A stretch of DNA of 64,000 nt from Octopus bimaculoides (GCF_001194135.2 NC_068990.1:29591777-29655776), one strand, 5' to 3'; shown: positions 11,214 through 24,393, counted from the stretch's first letter. The notes: a model not told the origin generated them from the letters alone. Program-made: numbers and translations.

Positions 11214-14200
11214 GACTGTTTTCCTCCAGTAACAGCTGTGTCCTTTCCTGTTGTTATCTAATGACCTGCTAAATTAAAGTAGAACCTGTTTGTCAGCCAG
11301 ACCAATTCTCTCCTTTGTATTGAATATTGAATTACCCATACAGTCATCTGTGTTGGCACCTTAACCTCGTAGCTTTTATGCTTCATCGATATTAGAAATG
11401 AATAATTAATACTCGTGTTTACTCTCTAAATAACGGCTTGAGAAATACGGCTAATCTTGACTGACTACCCAAATATCTCTACACCTCGCTTTTATTTAAG
11501 TTTTTAATTTCACTCACTCACACACATATTCAATGCCTGATCTATTTTCTATTTACGCAATGATTTAGTAACTGTGAGGTGTTAACTAGAAACGATGTTA
11601 TAAACAGAAGCTTAGCCTTTATTGCAGCTGATGTCAGGTGTAGCTGGACAAGGGACATAACTCTACATATTTCAACTTTTGTTAACCACTAAAGACGTCA
11701 TGGAGAAAGAGGACGCAATGAGATGGCGGCGGTAGTGGTAGTGGTGGTGGTGGTGGTGGCAGTGACGACGGTGCGGGGTTTTGGTGGTGGACTATTTTCA
11801 ACACTGTTTAAAACTATGTGAAGGTAGTGGCAATCCATCAGCAGACGACGTCATTCATCCACACAATCTAACTTCATGACATAAAGAGCGTGAACGTTGT
11901 TGTCTCCTCGCACCATCACTCTTGAGCCCAATACCGAAGGAACGCCAAGATAACTACAGAAAGATTACATCTATGCCAATAGTAAACAAAGATATATTTG
12001 TACAGTGAATATGTTTACATTTTGTTAACGGAATTCTGTATAAAGTCAACAAATGATTTCACGTTGGCTTTGTATGTCTACGGAATGTTTTTGCTTAGGA
12101 AATGTACCTTTGATATTCACTCTCAGTTTACCCATCAATCATCAATCATCATCATCATCATCATCGTTTAACGTCCGCTTTCCATACTGGCATGGGTTGG
12201 ACGGTTTGCCTCAGGCTCCAATCTGGTCTGGCAAAGTTTCTACAACTGGAGGCCCTTCCTAACGCCAACCACTCTAAGAGTGTAGTGGGTGCTTTTTACG
12301 TGCCACCGGCATGAGGGCCAGTCAGGCAGTTCTGGCAATGACCACGCTCACGCTCTAAAAGTGTTTTTATGTGCTACCTGCACATGAGCCAGTCTGGTAG
12401 CAGTGGCAATGACCATGCTCGAATGTTGTTTTTCACATGCTACCGGCACATGTGCTGGTAAGGCAACACTGGCAATGATCATGCACAAATGGTGCTTTTC
12501 GCATGTCACTGGCACAGGAGCCAATCCGTGGCCTTCGCAATGATCACACTCAGATGTGTTTTCAACGTTCCACTGGCACGAGTGCCAAACAGGTGGTACT
12601 GTCATCAGCCATGTCAGCAAAAGTTCCGTTCGATAATTAGACCAATAAATAGGTTGGAATGTACAATCGAAGGCACAGAGGTCAGTGGTTGAGAGTTGTT
12701 GCCTTCATGGTTGTAAAATTGTGGTTTTGTGTCCTGGACCAGGCGATACGTGTGTTCTTGAGCAAAGTGCTGCATTTCACCACTGTTCCACTCCATTCAG
12801 CTGTGAAGGAGTTAACAGGGTCATGGACTAGCATCTCATCCAGGTGGTGGGTTGCTTGGATCTCACCATCTCATCATCATTGTTATTATTTCCACATTTC
12901 CATGTTTTCATGTATCAGGTGGAATTTGTTGGGTCAGATTTTCTATGGCTGAATGCCCCCCCCCCTTGCTGCCAGTCCTCACCTGTTTCCAAGCAAGGTA
13001 ACATTTCGTCATGACCAAATATGTTTTCTTGGAGGATTCATAATGAGGGACATAGCTTGCATGATGGTGACACTCCTTTACAATGATCACTCAAAGCATG
13101 TGGTACGCTTGAACAATTGTGAAGATCTCTTCACATGAAACCATTGGTTGCCTTGTTAACCAACAAAAAAAAATGTATATATATCTATTATTATCATCTG
13201 TAACTGACAAACCAGAGGCTATACCAAGCTCCATCATCTGTTTTAGCATAGTTTCTATGGCTGGATGCCCTTACTGGTTTATATGTATGTATGTGTGTGT
13301 GTAAATCAATTTGTATTTCACCATGTTTGAACATGAGTTCATGGAATGTAGACAACAGCTGCACAGTTCATGCAGATGGTATCATTTGTTTCCTGTTCTT
13401 TACATAACCACATCCAGGCTGTTTGTGAGGGTTGATGCGGAAAGGGCACCCAGCCATAGAAAAATGTCAAGGACTTCTTCCATTTTTCCTGAGCATCAAA
13501 CTAATCCACCTTGTTTATTGTTCCATCACTTGTCTCTGTTTTTTTTTTGTGTTCTGCATCATTTTGAACCATCTATCTATCCATCCATCCATCCATCCAT
13601 CCATCCATCTACCTACATACTCACATACATATATGCATACACACACACATACATACATACATACATACATACATACCACTGGAACTCTAAAAATCTGTAA
13701 AACTTTCCAGAAGTTTATCATTTAAATATATATGAGCATGTCTAGATATGTAACTATATGCATGGGAATGCATACATAAAACAAAACATACAAATCTGCA
13801 CACATACATACATAATTACAAACAAAAAACCATGTTGTTGATGTTGAAATTCTAATGAAGGAGCCTTGGATCTAGGTTAGAAACTGGCTCTTTCTCTATT
13901 GACAAATCTTGAAATAAAACTGAACAATGACACACACACAGAGATATATATACTGGGTTCCTTCCAGTTTCTGTCTCCTAAATCCACTCACAAATCTTTG
14001 ATCAACCTGGGGTTATAGTAGAAAATGCTTGGCCAAAGTACCATAGTGGGTGTGAACCCAGAACCATATGATTAGGAGGTGAACTTCTTAACCACACAAC
14101 TAATCATGCACCTGAAATATGCTGTGGAGAAAAAAAAAACAATATTATTTGAGTAATAAATTTGTCTCTTCTAGAGAATAACTACAGATGTCCCACCATC

Positions 14201-14729
14201 ATTTGCAACCTCAAGTGGAAAAATAACTTCACCATATTTGTTGAATTACTTTTTACTATTAAATGAATTATTATAGAATGGAATTATATATTTATTGGTA
14301 TATCACTGTATGGTACCTCCAGCAAGTGTCTTCTACATTCACAGATTTTCATCTTTATTTTTTCTCTCTCTCTCTCTCTGTATGTATGTACCCATCAGGG
14401 TCCCATCTATCAATTAAACAGATTTCCTAGGAGTAGTGGAGGCTCCTGTTATTTTTTACAAAGAAGACAACTTTTCCAGGGGAAAGATACTCTGACAAAA
14501 CTTGCAGTCAAAACAGTAGCAGTCATCTTACTAACTTGGTAGTGGAATCTACTATGGTGACCGAGAGGAAGTCAAAAGTGTTGTACAATTTTTTGTCATA
14601 GATGTCTTACAATCATTTCCTTTCTTGGTTTGTTTTGTAGGCAATCATCATCATGTATGTATGTATATAGTTGTCAATTAGTTCTCCAGATGCCAGAAAC
14701 AAAAGCACGCTCAATATAAGAGAGCAGAT

Positions 14730-15670
14730 ATATTTTCAACCTTATTAGGCACATAAGATGGAAAGCTTCCTTCTATAACCAAGCAACCCCATCCACACAG
14801 TCTGAATACCAGCAAGTCAGATTTCAGAGATTACCACTCAGGTTCAAAGTAACTGGAAGCCTTCATAGCAGACTTCTTAGGCATTATCCCCCCCCCCCCA
14901 CACACACACACACCCAGGCCTATAATAACATAAACTGTAAGGGCAGCAGATAGAATAGAACCTTTAGCAGAGGAAAGACCACAAGCTAAATATCACCTCC
15001 AGCCCCAAGTACCATTTGATTAACCTGATCAAATCTGAGGTTGGTCAGGTGAGCAAGCACATTCTCAGGAAGATCAATGATAAATCAAGGAAATTATCTT
15101 GTATCTACCCATGGCAAATTTGCAAAAAAGACGTTATTTCTTGGTTTAAGGTCAACCAGGGTAGAGGTAAGTCAAGGGTCACCCAATTCAATAGAGTGGA
15201 ATTTTATCCATTCATATCAAGAGGGTTGTCACATAAAGGACTTATTTTACTTGGAAACTTACCAACAATTGTGTTAGGGCCTTGGATGTAATAATGCATG
15301 CCAGAAAAACTCTCCTCTTTAATGAATGTTGAATTTGAGTCAAACAACCAAACTCAGAAGGTGCCATCAGTATCATGACAGGGCACCTTCAGCAACGCAC
15401 ATATCTGCAATTTTATAACATTTTTATATTACACACCTGAGATCTGAAATTTAATTCAACTCACTTTGGTTATTGAACACCTAAGCTTAAAAAAGACCTA
15501 ATTCAGACCATTAAACCCCCTAAAGTCCAAAGCTACTATAGAGGCTAACCTAATTGTAGATAATTTTTTTATAGATAACGTATGATTTAGGCACAAGTTC
15601 ATATAGGCTCCCCACTGTAAAACCAAATATGAAGCTGTCGTACATCAATACAACTTCAAGCCACCTGTTT
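14730..15670 (+). mobile_element. Decayed Penelope-like element (PLE) reverse transcriptase
   Basis: Across frameshifts it reads IRHIRWKASF; KDHKLNITSSPKYHLINLIKSEVGQVSKHIL..INDK; WFK..QFNRVEFYPFIS; ARKTLLFN; IEANL; KPNMKLSYINTTSSH. These correspond to the PLE RT motifs RMRWKAFF, KDHKENF..PKCRLINPAKSE, QFDIVEFYPSIS, ARKSLLF and KPNDTPLYINxxSNHP. Confidence 0.8.
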
Positions 15671-16136
15671 ATATTGTTTGAAAACTTTGTAATGGGTGTC
15701 AATAGGTGGTTCTGAAGCCTACCCCACCAAAGTGGATGTCCTCAATACAGCAGCATCCTACTACAATGAGGCTTTCACTTCAGTAGATTTAAGGACCACA
15801 TTATTCACAAGCTGCAAGGTAACCCCCACAGTGCTGGTGCCATGGAAAGCACTGAATACTCCCTAAATGAAGAGTAATTGATTCAGAGAGAAACTATACA
15901 GGGTTTGAGAGAGTTTTTTTAGTCTTCCTGATGACATGGCAAGCTCCATGGTGCTGGTGCTAATGAATAATAACTGCAATAAAGCAGTTGGTGTTAGGAA
16001 GGGCATCCTGCTGTAGAAACCTAGCCCCAAAAATAGAGATATTGGAGAAAGGTGTGGGTCTTAGATATGTTGAGTTCTGTTGAACCATCCAACCCATGCT
16101 ACCATGAAAGATAGGCATCAATTGATGATGATGAAG

Positions 16137-16173
<37 letters not shown>

Positions 16174-16969
16174 GTTAAAGAGGACAACAAACATTAAGGC
16201 AAGGCAAACATCTCAAGTCATACATTATTATTATTGGAAAAAATTCAAAGTCTTACAGCTGTTTCTGGGATATTCCATCATCAGAGACAAATGGGGAAAA
16301 TGAGAATGGTATATATTAATGAGATGATGACATAGAAGAAAGGAGTAAAAGAATAAGGAGATGGAAAGAAAGAAGAAAAAAAAGAAGCATAAAAGTTCAT
16401 AGTTCAACTTTCTGAAGTTATAGAAACCAAAGCATAAGCCCTTAGATGCAATCCTGTGTAGATCCATGAGTGTAAGTCCTTAGGGGCAATCCTGCATAGA
16501 TTTATGTGGGCTAAAATCCTGAAATAGTAGACATCTGCTGCATCGGAAATCTGCAATGGCTCCATAACTACTGTCTTGGCTATAACCTTGGAGCCCTAGT
16601 AATCCGTTACACCACTTACCTAGTGTACCTAATCATTTAGATCACTTATGAACTAAACCCCCATATTTTGTGTGTTTATACACTCACACACACACATATG
16701 TATGGGGAAGTACCAGCTGGACACAAACAGGGACTCGATCAATCATGGCTGAGTCACTTGAGTGAGGGTGTCTGGTGTAGAAAAATTGGTAACACCTAAT
16801 GACTTCAAGAAACATCACTGACGATGTGTATGTGTGAACCCGTTTATGGATGTGAAACTATTGGTCCCTCTTTGACCAGACATAGACTTAACTCCTTACA
16901 AATACATTAATGCTTGGCACTTTAGAGTGTGGTTCTTTTTCGGATATGATACACTAACGATTGTATATA

Positions 16970-17202
16970 CAGGGCTGGCCAAAAGTCACCTGACAGTGAA
17001 TCAAAATTTCATAAATACTATCTGTAATTCCGTATTGACTCAAATGGAAAAATGTGTCGCTCAAGAAGGATTTCAGTTTGAACAATTTTCATGATATTTC
17101 ACATTTAGATGCTTTTATTAAATCCATTCAGTTGTTAAACATAAATAAATCTTGGAATTAAATGGTTTTGATTTACTGTCAGGTGGCTTTTGGTCAATCC
17201 TG
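16970..17202 (+). mobile_element. Tc1/mariner internal-deletion derivative (MITE)
   Basis: 28-bp TIRs CAGGGCTGGCCAAAAGTCACCTGACAGT (24/28 match) with TA on both sides. The internal remnant MEKCVAQEGFQFE resembles a mariner transposase C-terminus. Confidence 0.9.
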
Positions 17203-17425
17203 TATATATATACAGTACAGTTGCCAGTACCGCCTGACTGGCCCTTGTGCCAGTGGCATGTAAAAGCATCCACTACACTCTCGGAGTGGTTGGCGTTAGG
17301 AAGGGCATCCAGGTGTAGAAACTCTGCCAGATTAGAGCCTGGTGCAGCCATCTGGATCGCCAGTCCTCAGTCAAATCATCCAACCCATGCTAGCATGGAA
17401 AGTGGATGCTAAACGATGATAATGA

Positions 17426-17461
<36 letters not shown>

Positions 17462-18896
17462 ATGAAAGGAAAACCGTCAATGGCACCTGTGCCCAGCATC
17501 GCATCGCCTTCCTGGCACGTATAAAGACATTCAAGCGAGATCGTTACCAGTGCCACCTGACTCCTGTGCAGGTGGCACGTAAAATACACCATTTTGAGCA
17601 TGGCCGTTGCCAGTACCGCCTGACTGGCCTTCGTGCCGGTGACATGTAAAAGCACCCACTACACTCTCGGAGTGGTTGGCGTTAGGAAGGGCATCCAGCT
17701 GTAGAAACTCTGCCTAATCAGATTGGAGCCTGGTGTTGCCATCCGGTTTCACCAGTCCTCAATCAAATCGTCCAACCCATGCTAGCATGGAAAGCGGACG
17801 TTAAACGACGATGATGAATGTATATATATATATATATATATTTATGTATGTATGTATGCATAAGTGTACGTGTGCAGACATATGCATGCAATGCAGTGTA
17901 GCACCAAAGTCCTTCAAATTCCAGATAAACTGCTTTCTGATATCTATTTCTCTTCTCTATATGTTCTGGATAAATTCTTGTCCAAAATGACAAGGGAGGC
18001 AACTATGAAATCCAAATTAGGAGAAAAATTGAATTATGAGGAGATAAAGGGTCGACACGTATTGTTTTCTGTATCATCAATATTAGTATTTGTATTGGTT
18101 AAACTAAAGCGATATTAGTTTAACCAAAGAATTTATATCAGGAGTTTCAATCGAGTTTTTAGCCTTCATAGAAATAACAACCAGCATTGTAGCTTCTACC
18201 AAATCCTCCTCAACTTATTAGAAATAGCAGTTTCATTTCTACTAAACCCTATCTTGAGATCTTCAATGGATAATGTAGTCTTAAATAAGGTGTTTGAAAT
18301 AATGGCATGATGGCCTCAGCATGAGCACCTTGGACTACAACTGACCTGGAGTTTAACAATAGCAGCACTAATAAATTCACCTTTAAAATAATCTAAAGCA
18401 AAAACTGTATTATAATAAAGGAAATGAAAAAAATTAATTAAAAAATATTCAAATGTAAGTTAGAAGAAATTATTTAAGCTATATCGTGAATTTCGAAGCC
18501 CTACATTACTTATTAGAGATAATAGCTAAATTATCCTCAAATCACACACTGCCATCTTTCAGAAGGACAGGAAACATTACATAATGTAGTCTTAAAAGAC
18601 GTTGTTCTGATTGGAATGTCTGAGATCATAGGCGCGTGGTAGACCAAGATTGACCTAGGGTTAAACAACTTCATTATTACCAACAGTTAGTTCCCTTGAT
18701 AAAGTAGAGTTATGTAGTTTCGTATATATTGGATTTTATAAAATTTCATTATTGGAAAATATTTACTATAAAATAATTGATAGAATATTCGTTAATGAAT
18801 TTTTAAAAGGTACATAAATGTGTTAATGGTTTGAGCGCGTTGTTCCTTTAGCTGTGGTACTAATGTATGGGTTAACCATGCCGGTGGTATTGGTGC

Positions 18897-18908
18897 CAAG
18901 ATGGCGGC
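18897..18908 (+). promoter_or_regulatory. YY1-type motif overlapping the INTS10 start codon
   Basis: CAAGATGGCGGC matches the YY1 consensus often found at the starts of housekeeping genes. Confidence 0.5.
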
Positions 18909-19047
18909 AGTTGTAAATAGTGACAACTTCAGCGACGAAGAATGGTTGGTGCAGAGGGCTCAGAGCTGCATCAAGACAGACACCTATGCTGCCAAAGCAT
19001 GGATGATCACAGCCAGAAGTCTATTCCCCAAAAACTTCAATATACAG
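18901..19047 (+). CDS. INTS10: Integrator complex subunit 10, exon 1
   Basis: [49 protein letters not shown] matches the INTS10 N-terminus (AAKAWLITARSLYPxDFNIQ). Donor CAG|gtaaac, phase 0. Confidence 0.95.
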
Positions 19048-20744
19048 GTAAACATATCACTTACATTACCTTCATTTAGTGTCTTCACTGGAATATTCTG
19101 CTGCTTAAGAACTTGAATCAGGCTTCAATTCCAGACAATTGACGATCCGGTTTCGATTCTCAACTGGAATTGCTCCTTGTATGTTTTTATGAGCAGTACT
19201 TAGGAAAAACACGAATGTTGTAAATTGTCCTTATACTTTTCCCCCTTTTGCGTTAATATAAAAATAATCTCTATTGACAGATATTTTGTAAAAAATACAA
19301 AGTGCTAAAAGAGAAATTCTTTCCACTTATAACAACAAAGAATTTAACGATGAAATGAGTTTGAATAATTACTCCGTGTGTTGATAATTATTGTTCTTTC
19401 GTTTCTGATTAATTCTAGTCTTCTATTTGAAACTAAACAAATAAAGGAGAACACGCTTCATCCAGGAACTATTATATGCACGTTCCAGTTCTGTTAGAGT
19501 ATATTTTGAGTCATTAATATATATTTTTAGAACCCGTACACGAATTAAGGCCGCTAAAGGTGTTTTAACTTTTCTAAACGTGTTTTTACACTCATCTAAT
19601 TACATTGTTCGGGTCCCTACTTGTGCACTAAAATCCTTTAAATATGTTGTTAGGACCCATTAAAATGCATTGTTAAGGTCCCTCAATTTATTGTCAGTAT
19701 CCCTTAAATTTGTTGCTAGAACCCATAACTGTGTTTTTAGAGGCTCCCTAAATGTTCGTTTAGCACTCGATAAATATCCCCTAGGCTCCTATCAAAAAGT
19801 TCCGAGGTTCCTACTTATTTGTGATATATTAAAGAAACGAGCCAACGAAGGAGCAACTACATAAGCGCTCGAACTGCTAGAAATAGCAACCAAATGCCAC
19901 CTTACTGTTTAGAAATACACAGCCTTTGTTTCAATTCTTAAAATACTGAAGAATTTAGAACACTAATTTTGTCATTATCAAGCTGGTACTTGGAACAAAC
20001 TAACGTGAAATTTTGATGGAAAATTTTAATTTAGATAATTTTAATACAAGAATTTTGTATCACAGATTTAGGGATAGTGTTAGTGAGTTGGTTCCAAAAT
20101 GGATAAAATGTGAAAATACATTGGATAATAGTCTCAAAAAGACGAGATAGCCATGGTTGGAACGCCTTTGATAATAGGTCTACTTTTTCAGTGCAGAGCT
20201 GGGAATAAATGACCCAGTAGCATATTATCTTTTACTTGTTTCTGTCATTAGACTGCGGCCATGCTGGAACATTATGTTGAAGAATTTTTTTGGTAGAATA
20301 AATCGACCCCAGTAGTTATTTCACTGATTTCTTTTGCTAAATTGTTAAGCTACAGGAATGTAAACACACCAACACCAGTAGTGGGGGATAACTGCACGCA
20401 CATACACATACATAAATATATATATGGGGGTCGTTTAATCCCATCTCTGTACTGAAGAAGTAGACCTGTTATCAAAAGCTTTCCAGCCATAGCTATCTTG
20501 TCTTTTCTAGACTATGTTATCCGATATATATATGTGTGTGTGTGTGTATTTATATGTCAAATGGCTGAAACAAAAAAAAGAATATGGCGTTTTGGGTAAG
20601 AAGATGGTGCCATGTAATAAAAGCAAAACCCTCTAACCCATGCCAACATTGAAGTGGAATGTTGTTTCTTCGCATAGGGAGCTTCTACATCATTGCTCAA
20701 CCTGTTATAAATGGCAGCTAATTCTCCCTCAAGGCACAGCCTTT

Positions 20745-21058
20745 TCATCATCATCATCATCGTTTAACGTCCGCTTTCCATGCTAGCATGGGTTGGACGA
20801 CTTGGCTGAGGACTGGTGAACCAGATGGCTACACCAGGCTCCAATCTGATCTGGCAAAGTTTCTACAGATGTATGGCCTTCCTAATGCCAACCACTCCGA
20901 GAGTGTAGTGGGTGCTTTTACGTGCCACTGGCACGAAGGCCAGTCAGGCGGTACTGGCAACGGCCACGCTCAAAATGGTGTCTTTTACGTGCCACCTGCC
21001 CGGGAGCCAGTCCAGCGGCACTGGCAACGATCTCGCTCGAATGTCCTTACACATGCCA
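20745..21058 (-). mobile_element. Family A modular SINE-like repeat with (ATG)n tail (representative; more than 20 copies in the window)
   Basis: Shared core gcgttaggaagggcatccagctgtagaaa...ccaacccatgctagcatggaaagcggacgttaaacgatgatg, with a variable number of internal 50-63-nt units. Other copies include 1378-1765, 7322-7700, 12145-12592, 17487-17815, 35660-35970, 40455-40775, 42770-42970, 44385-44695 and 54255-54515. Confidence 0.9.
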
Positions 21059-22693
21059 CGTTAAAAATTGATGGATACATTGGATAATATAATCATAGAC
21101 TCACTGGATCCGAAAATAAATGAAGTGGTCAGAGATGGCATCTTTCTGATCATATAATTAAGGACTGTGGATAAATTAATGTAATTACATCAAGTAAGGC
21201 AGTGAGCTAGCAGAACCCTTAACATTCTGGACAAAATGCTTAGCAGCATTTCATTTGACTTTACATTCTCAGTTCAAATTCTATGATGGTTGACTTTGCC
21301 TTTCTTCCCTTCAGGATCAATGAAGTACCAGTTGTGTATTGGGGTCGTTGTTATTGATTTAACCCTCTTCCGCAATAATTCCAGGTCTTGAGTAAAATTG
21401 AAGCTAGTAATATCTTTCATCTTTTACTTGTTTCACATTTTAGACTGGCCATATTGGGGCACCAGCTTGAAGAATTTTTAGTCAAATCAATCGACTCCAG
21501 CATGTTTTTTTTTTTTTAAGCCTGGTACTTATTCTATCAATCTCTTTTGCTGAACCACCAAGTTATGAGCATGTAAACACAACACCAGATGTCAAGCAGT
21601 GGTAGCGGACAAACAGACACAAAAGCCCACACATATATACATATGATGGGCTTCTTTCAGTTTCCATCTTCCAAATCCACTCACAAGGCTTTGGTCGACC
21701 CGAGGCTGTAGTAGAAGACACTTGCCCAAAGTGCCACGCAGTGGGACTGAACCCGGAAGCATGTTGTTGAGGAGTAAACTTCTTACCACTCAACCACACC
21801 CATGCCTATGTTTTTTGTCTTGAGAAATAACATGGTGCTTATAGCATGGTTGGACCCATTAACTCAGAACCATCATCCTGCAAGGCCCTGTAATTGTCAA
21901 TCCAAAATTCTTATACTCTTACTCTTTACTTGTTTCAGTCATTTGACTGCGGCCATGCTGGAGCACCGCCTTTAGTCGAGAAAATCGACCCCAGGTCTTA
22001 TTCTTTGTAAGCCTAGTACTTATACTATCGGTCTCTTTTTGCTGAACTGCTAAGTTACAGGAACATAAACACACCAACATTGGTTGTCAAGTGATGGTGG
22101 GGTGACAAACACAGACACACAAACACATATATATATATATATATATGATGGGCTTCTTTCAGTTTCTGTCTTCCAAATCCACTCACAAAGCNNNNNNNNN
22201 NNNNNNNNNNNNNNNNNNNNNNNNNNNNNNNNNNNNNNNNNNNNNNNNNNNNNNNNNNNNNNNNNNNNNNNNNNNNNNNNNNNNNNNNNNNNNNNNNNNN
22301 NNNNNNNNNNNNNNNNNNNNNNNNNNNNNNNNNNNNNNNNNNNNNNNNNNNNNNNNNNNNNNNNNNNNNNNNNNNNNNNNNNNNNNNNNNNNNNNNNNNN
22401 NNNNNNNNNNNNNNNNNNNNNNNNNNNNNNNNNNNNNNNNNNNNNNNNNNNNNNNNNNNNNNNNNNNNNNNNNNNNNNNNNNNNNNNNNNNNNNNNNNNN
22501 NNNNNNNNNNNNTTTCATTTTCATTTATATTTTAATCTCTTTGTGGCTTTTTTTCTTGTCAAAAACTTTATTTTCAGTCTCATTGCTTCATCTTCATCAC
22601 TTTCTGTTTCTTTTTATCTGATAAAAACCATAAAAACGATAAATTGTTTTGCTTTAACCTTTCAACATTCAGATTTCTCTGTCAAATGTTGTG

Positions 22694-23102
22694 CTTGATA
22701 TTGTATGGACTAAGATCCCTGTTGACAAGCCACTGGTATTTATAGTGTTAAACACTTTCGGTATGCAAATTAGGGACTCCTTCACAGAGTAACTGCTGCA
22801 TTTGTTAAGTATATAAACAGTTTGGCTGCTTGTTTCTCTGGAGACTGTCAGAATGATGTGGACGCCTCTGATGAGAAGCCAATAAGGTTCGAAAATCAAT
22901 TTTTTTCAGTTTGCAGAGAAATGGCTAAAATTTGCCCTGTTTATAATTATTCCATATGTTACATATAAGATAGACTTCTTTAGTTTCCATTTACCAATTT
23001 CATTCATAAGACTAATGTTGTCATGAGGCTTTTGTAGAAGACACTTGCCCATCCTGCTAGAAATAACAGCTGAATCTCATGCACATTTCACTCTACAGTC
23101 TT
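22694..23102 (+). repeat. Direct copy of 25449-25888 (family B unit plus flank)
   Basis: About 410-440 bp of high identity, including the non-element flank. Confidence 0.92.
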
Positions 23103-23336
23103 AAAGAAGAAAGAATGCATGGTTGCATCTGGAATGTCTTTGGTCATGTCTGCTAGACAAGGTTGACCAGGGGCTAAACAACAACCACAGCAACACAACC
23201 ATCACTTGACAACCCAACATATGTGTCTCTGTATGTGGTCGACTTGCTAGAAATAACCACCAACTCTCTCTCTCTCTCTCTTTCAACTCATCTGGAAACA
23301 CTGGAAGACATATAATTCTACAGATATGGGATATTA

Positions 23337-23592
23337 CAGTTCTATATTTGAGAGATGAGGAATTATTTACATTTGATGGACATTTGTCCTCATCTTGTTT
23401 GTTGTTAACACAACATTTCGGCTGATATACCCTCCAGCCTTCATCAGGTGTCTTGGGGAAATTTCAAACCTGGGTTCTCATTCCTAAGGTATTTTTCAAT
23501 GTTATTATTATTATTCAAGTTACTGCTGGAATCGAACTCAGAATCTTGGGGTTAGTAGCCCGTGCTCTTAACCACTACGCCAAGATGAGGAC
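23337..23592 (-). mobile_element. Family H SINE-like element (tRNA head, (AAT)n, hammerhead tail), near-full copy
   Basis: The reverse complement has A-box TGGCGTAGTGG, B-box GTTCGATTCC, (AAT)n and the same tail as 29612-29857 and 51392-51623. Confidence 0.85.
23407..23452 (-). ncRNA. Predicted minimal type-I hammerhead ribozyme (family H), core intact
   Basis: GACAC-CUGAUGA-A-GGCUG(gagggtatat)CAGCC-GAA-AUGU-U-GUGUU: 5-bp stem I, 5-bp stem II, and a 4-nt self-complementary stem III that could form only as a dimer. Confidence 0.65.
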
Positions 23593-24289
23593 AAATATCC
23601 GTGAAATGTAAATTCAGCTGTTAAAATATAGGAATCTGAGAATAAAAAAATTCTAAATAATAAATGATAGCTTTATAATTATTTACTGAAAAACGATAAT
23701 CCTGTCTATTATAGACACAAGGCCTGATCGGAACTTATTTTATCGACTGCCAAAACGATGAAAGGCAAGGTTGATGTTGGTGGAATTTGAACTCAGAACT
23801 TCAAGAGCCAGAAAAAAATTGCTGCTAACCATTTTGCTCTGAGTAGTAATGATTCTAGCATCTCATTGTCTTTCTATTGAAGTAATGACCAAGACCTTTG
23901 GCATTATGTCATGCTTGAGAAGAAGAGCCATCAAGCTGAGCAAAATCGCAGCCGTGGCAGTTACCAGTGCCATGCAAATTGGCAGCCATGCTCATGGCAC
24001 GTAAAAAAATACCCTGGTGTCATGCAAATGGCACCCGTGCTGGTGGTACGTAACAGCACCCATTACACTCTCGGAGTGGTTAGCGTTAGGAAGGGCATTC
24101 AGCCGTAGAAAACCATGCCAAGTCAGACTGGAGTCTGGTGCTGCCTTCCAGCATGCCAGCCCCGTCAAACCACCCAAACCACGCCAGCATGGAGAATGGA
24201 CTGCCATGTTATATTGGCAAACAATCTTTACTACAAAATATATTGAAATTGTTACAATTTGATTCTTCATCTGTTTTTAAATTTTGCAG

Positions 24290-24393
24290 GTTTCAAAATT
24301 TCCCCCATGAGCCCAATCTTTGGGCTGAATTGCAATCAATGTTAGAAGCTATGCAATCGGACAACGTTGATTCAAAGTCTCAGTTACTCACAG
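24290..24393 (+). CDS. INTS10: INTS10 exon 3 (exon 2 not found)
   Basis: ttgcag|G TTT.. = FQNFPHEPNLWAELQSMLEAMQSDNVDSKSQLLT, similar to FVNFPDQPVVWREI..SQDKQTQFL. Donor G|gtattt. Starts in phase 2, so an unlocated 3n+2 exon must precede it. Confidence 0.9.

Noticed and set aside
13845-13900. Hammerhead-like CTAATGAAGG..GAAACTGGC motif
   Set aside because: The core has A in place of G5, and stems I and III do not pair in this copy.
16815-16850. CTGACGA motif
   Set aside because: There is no stem II or GAAA at the proper spacing.
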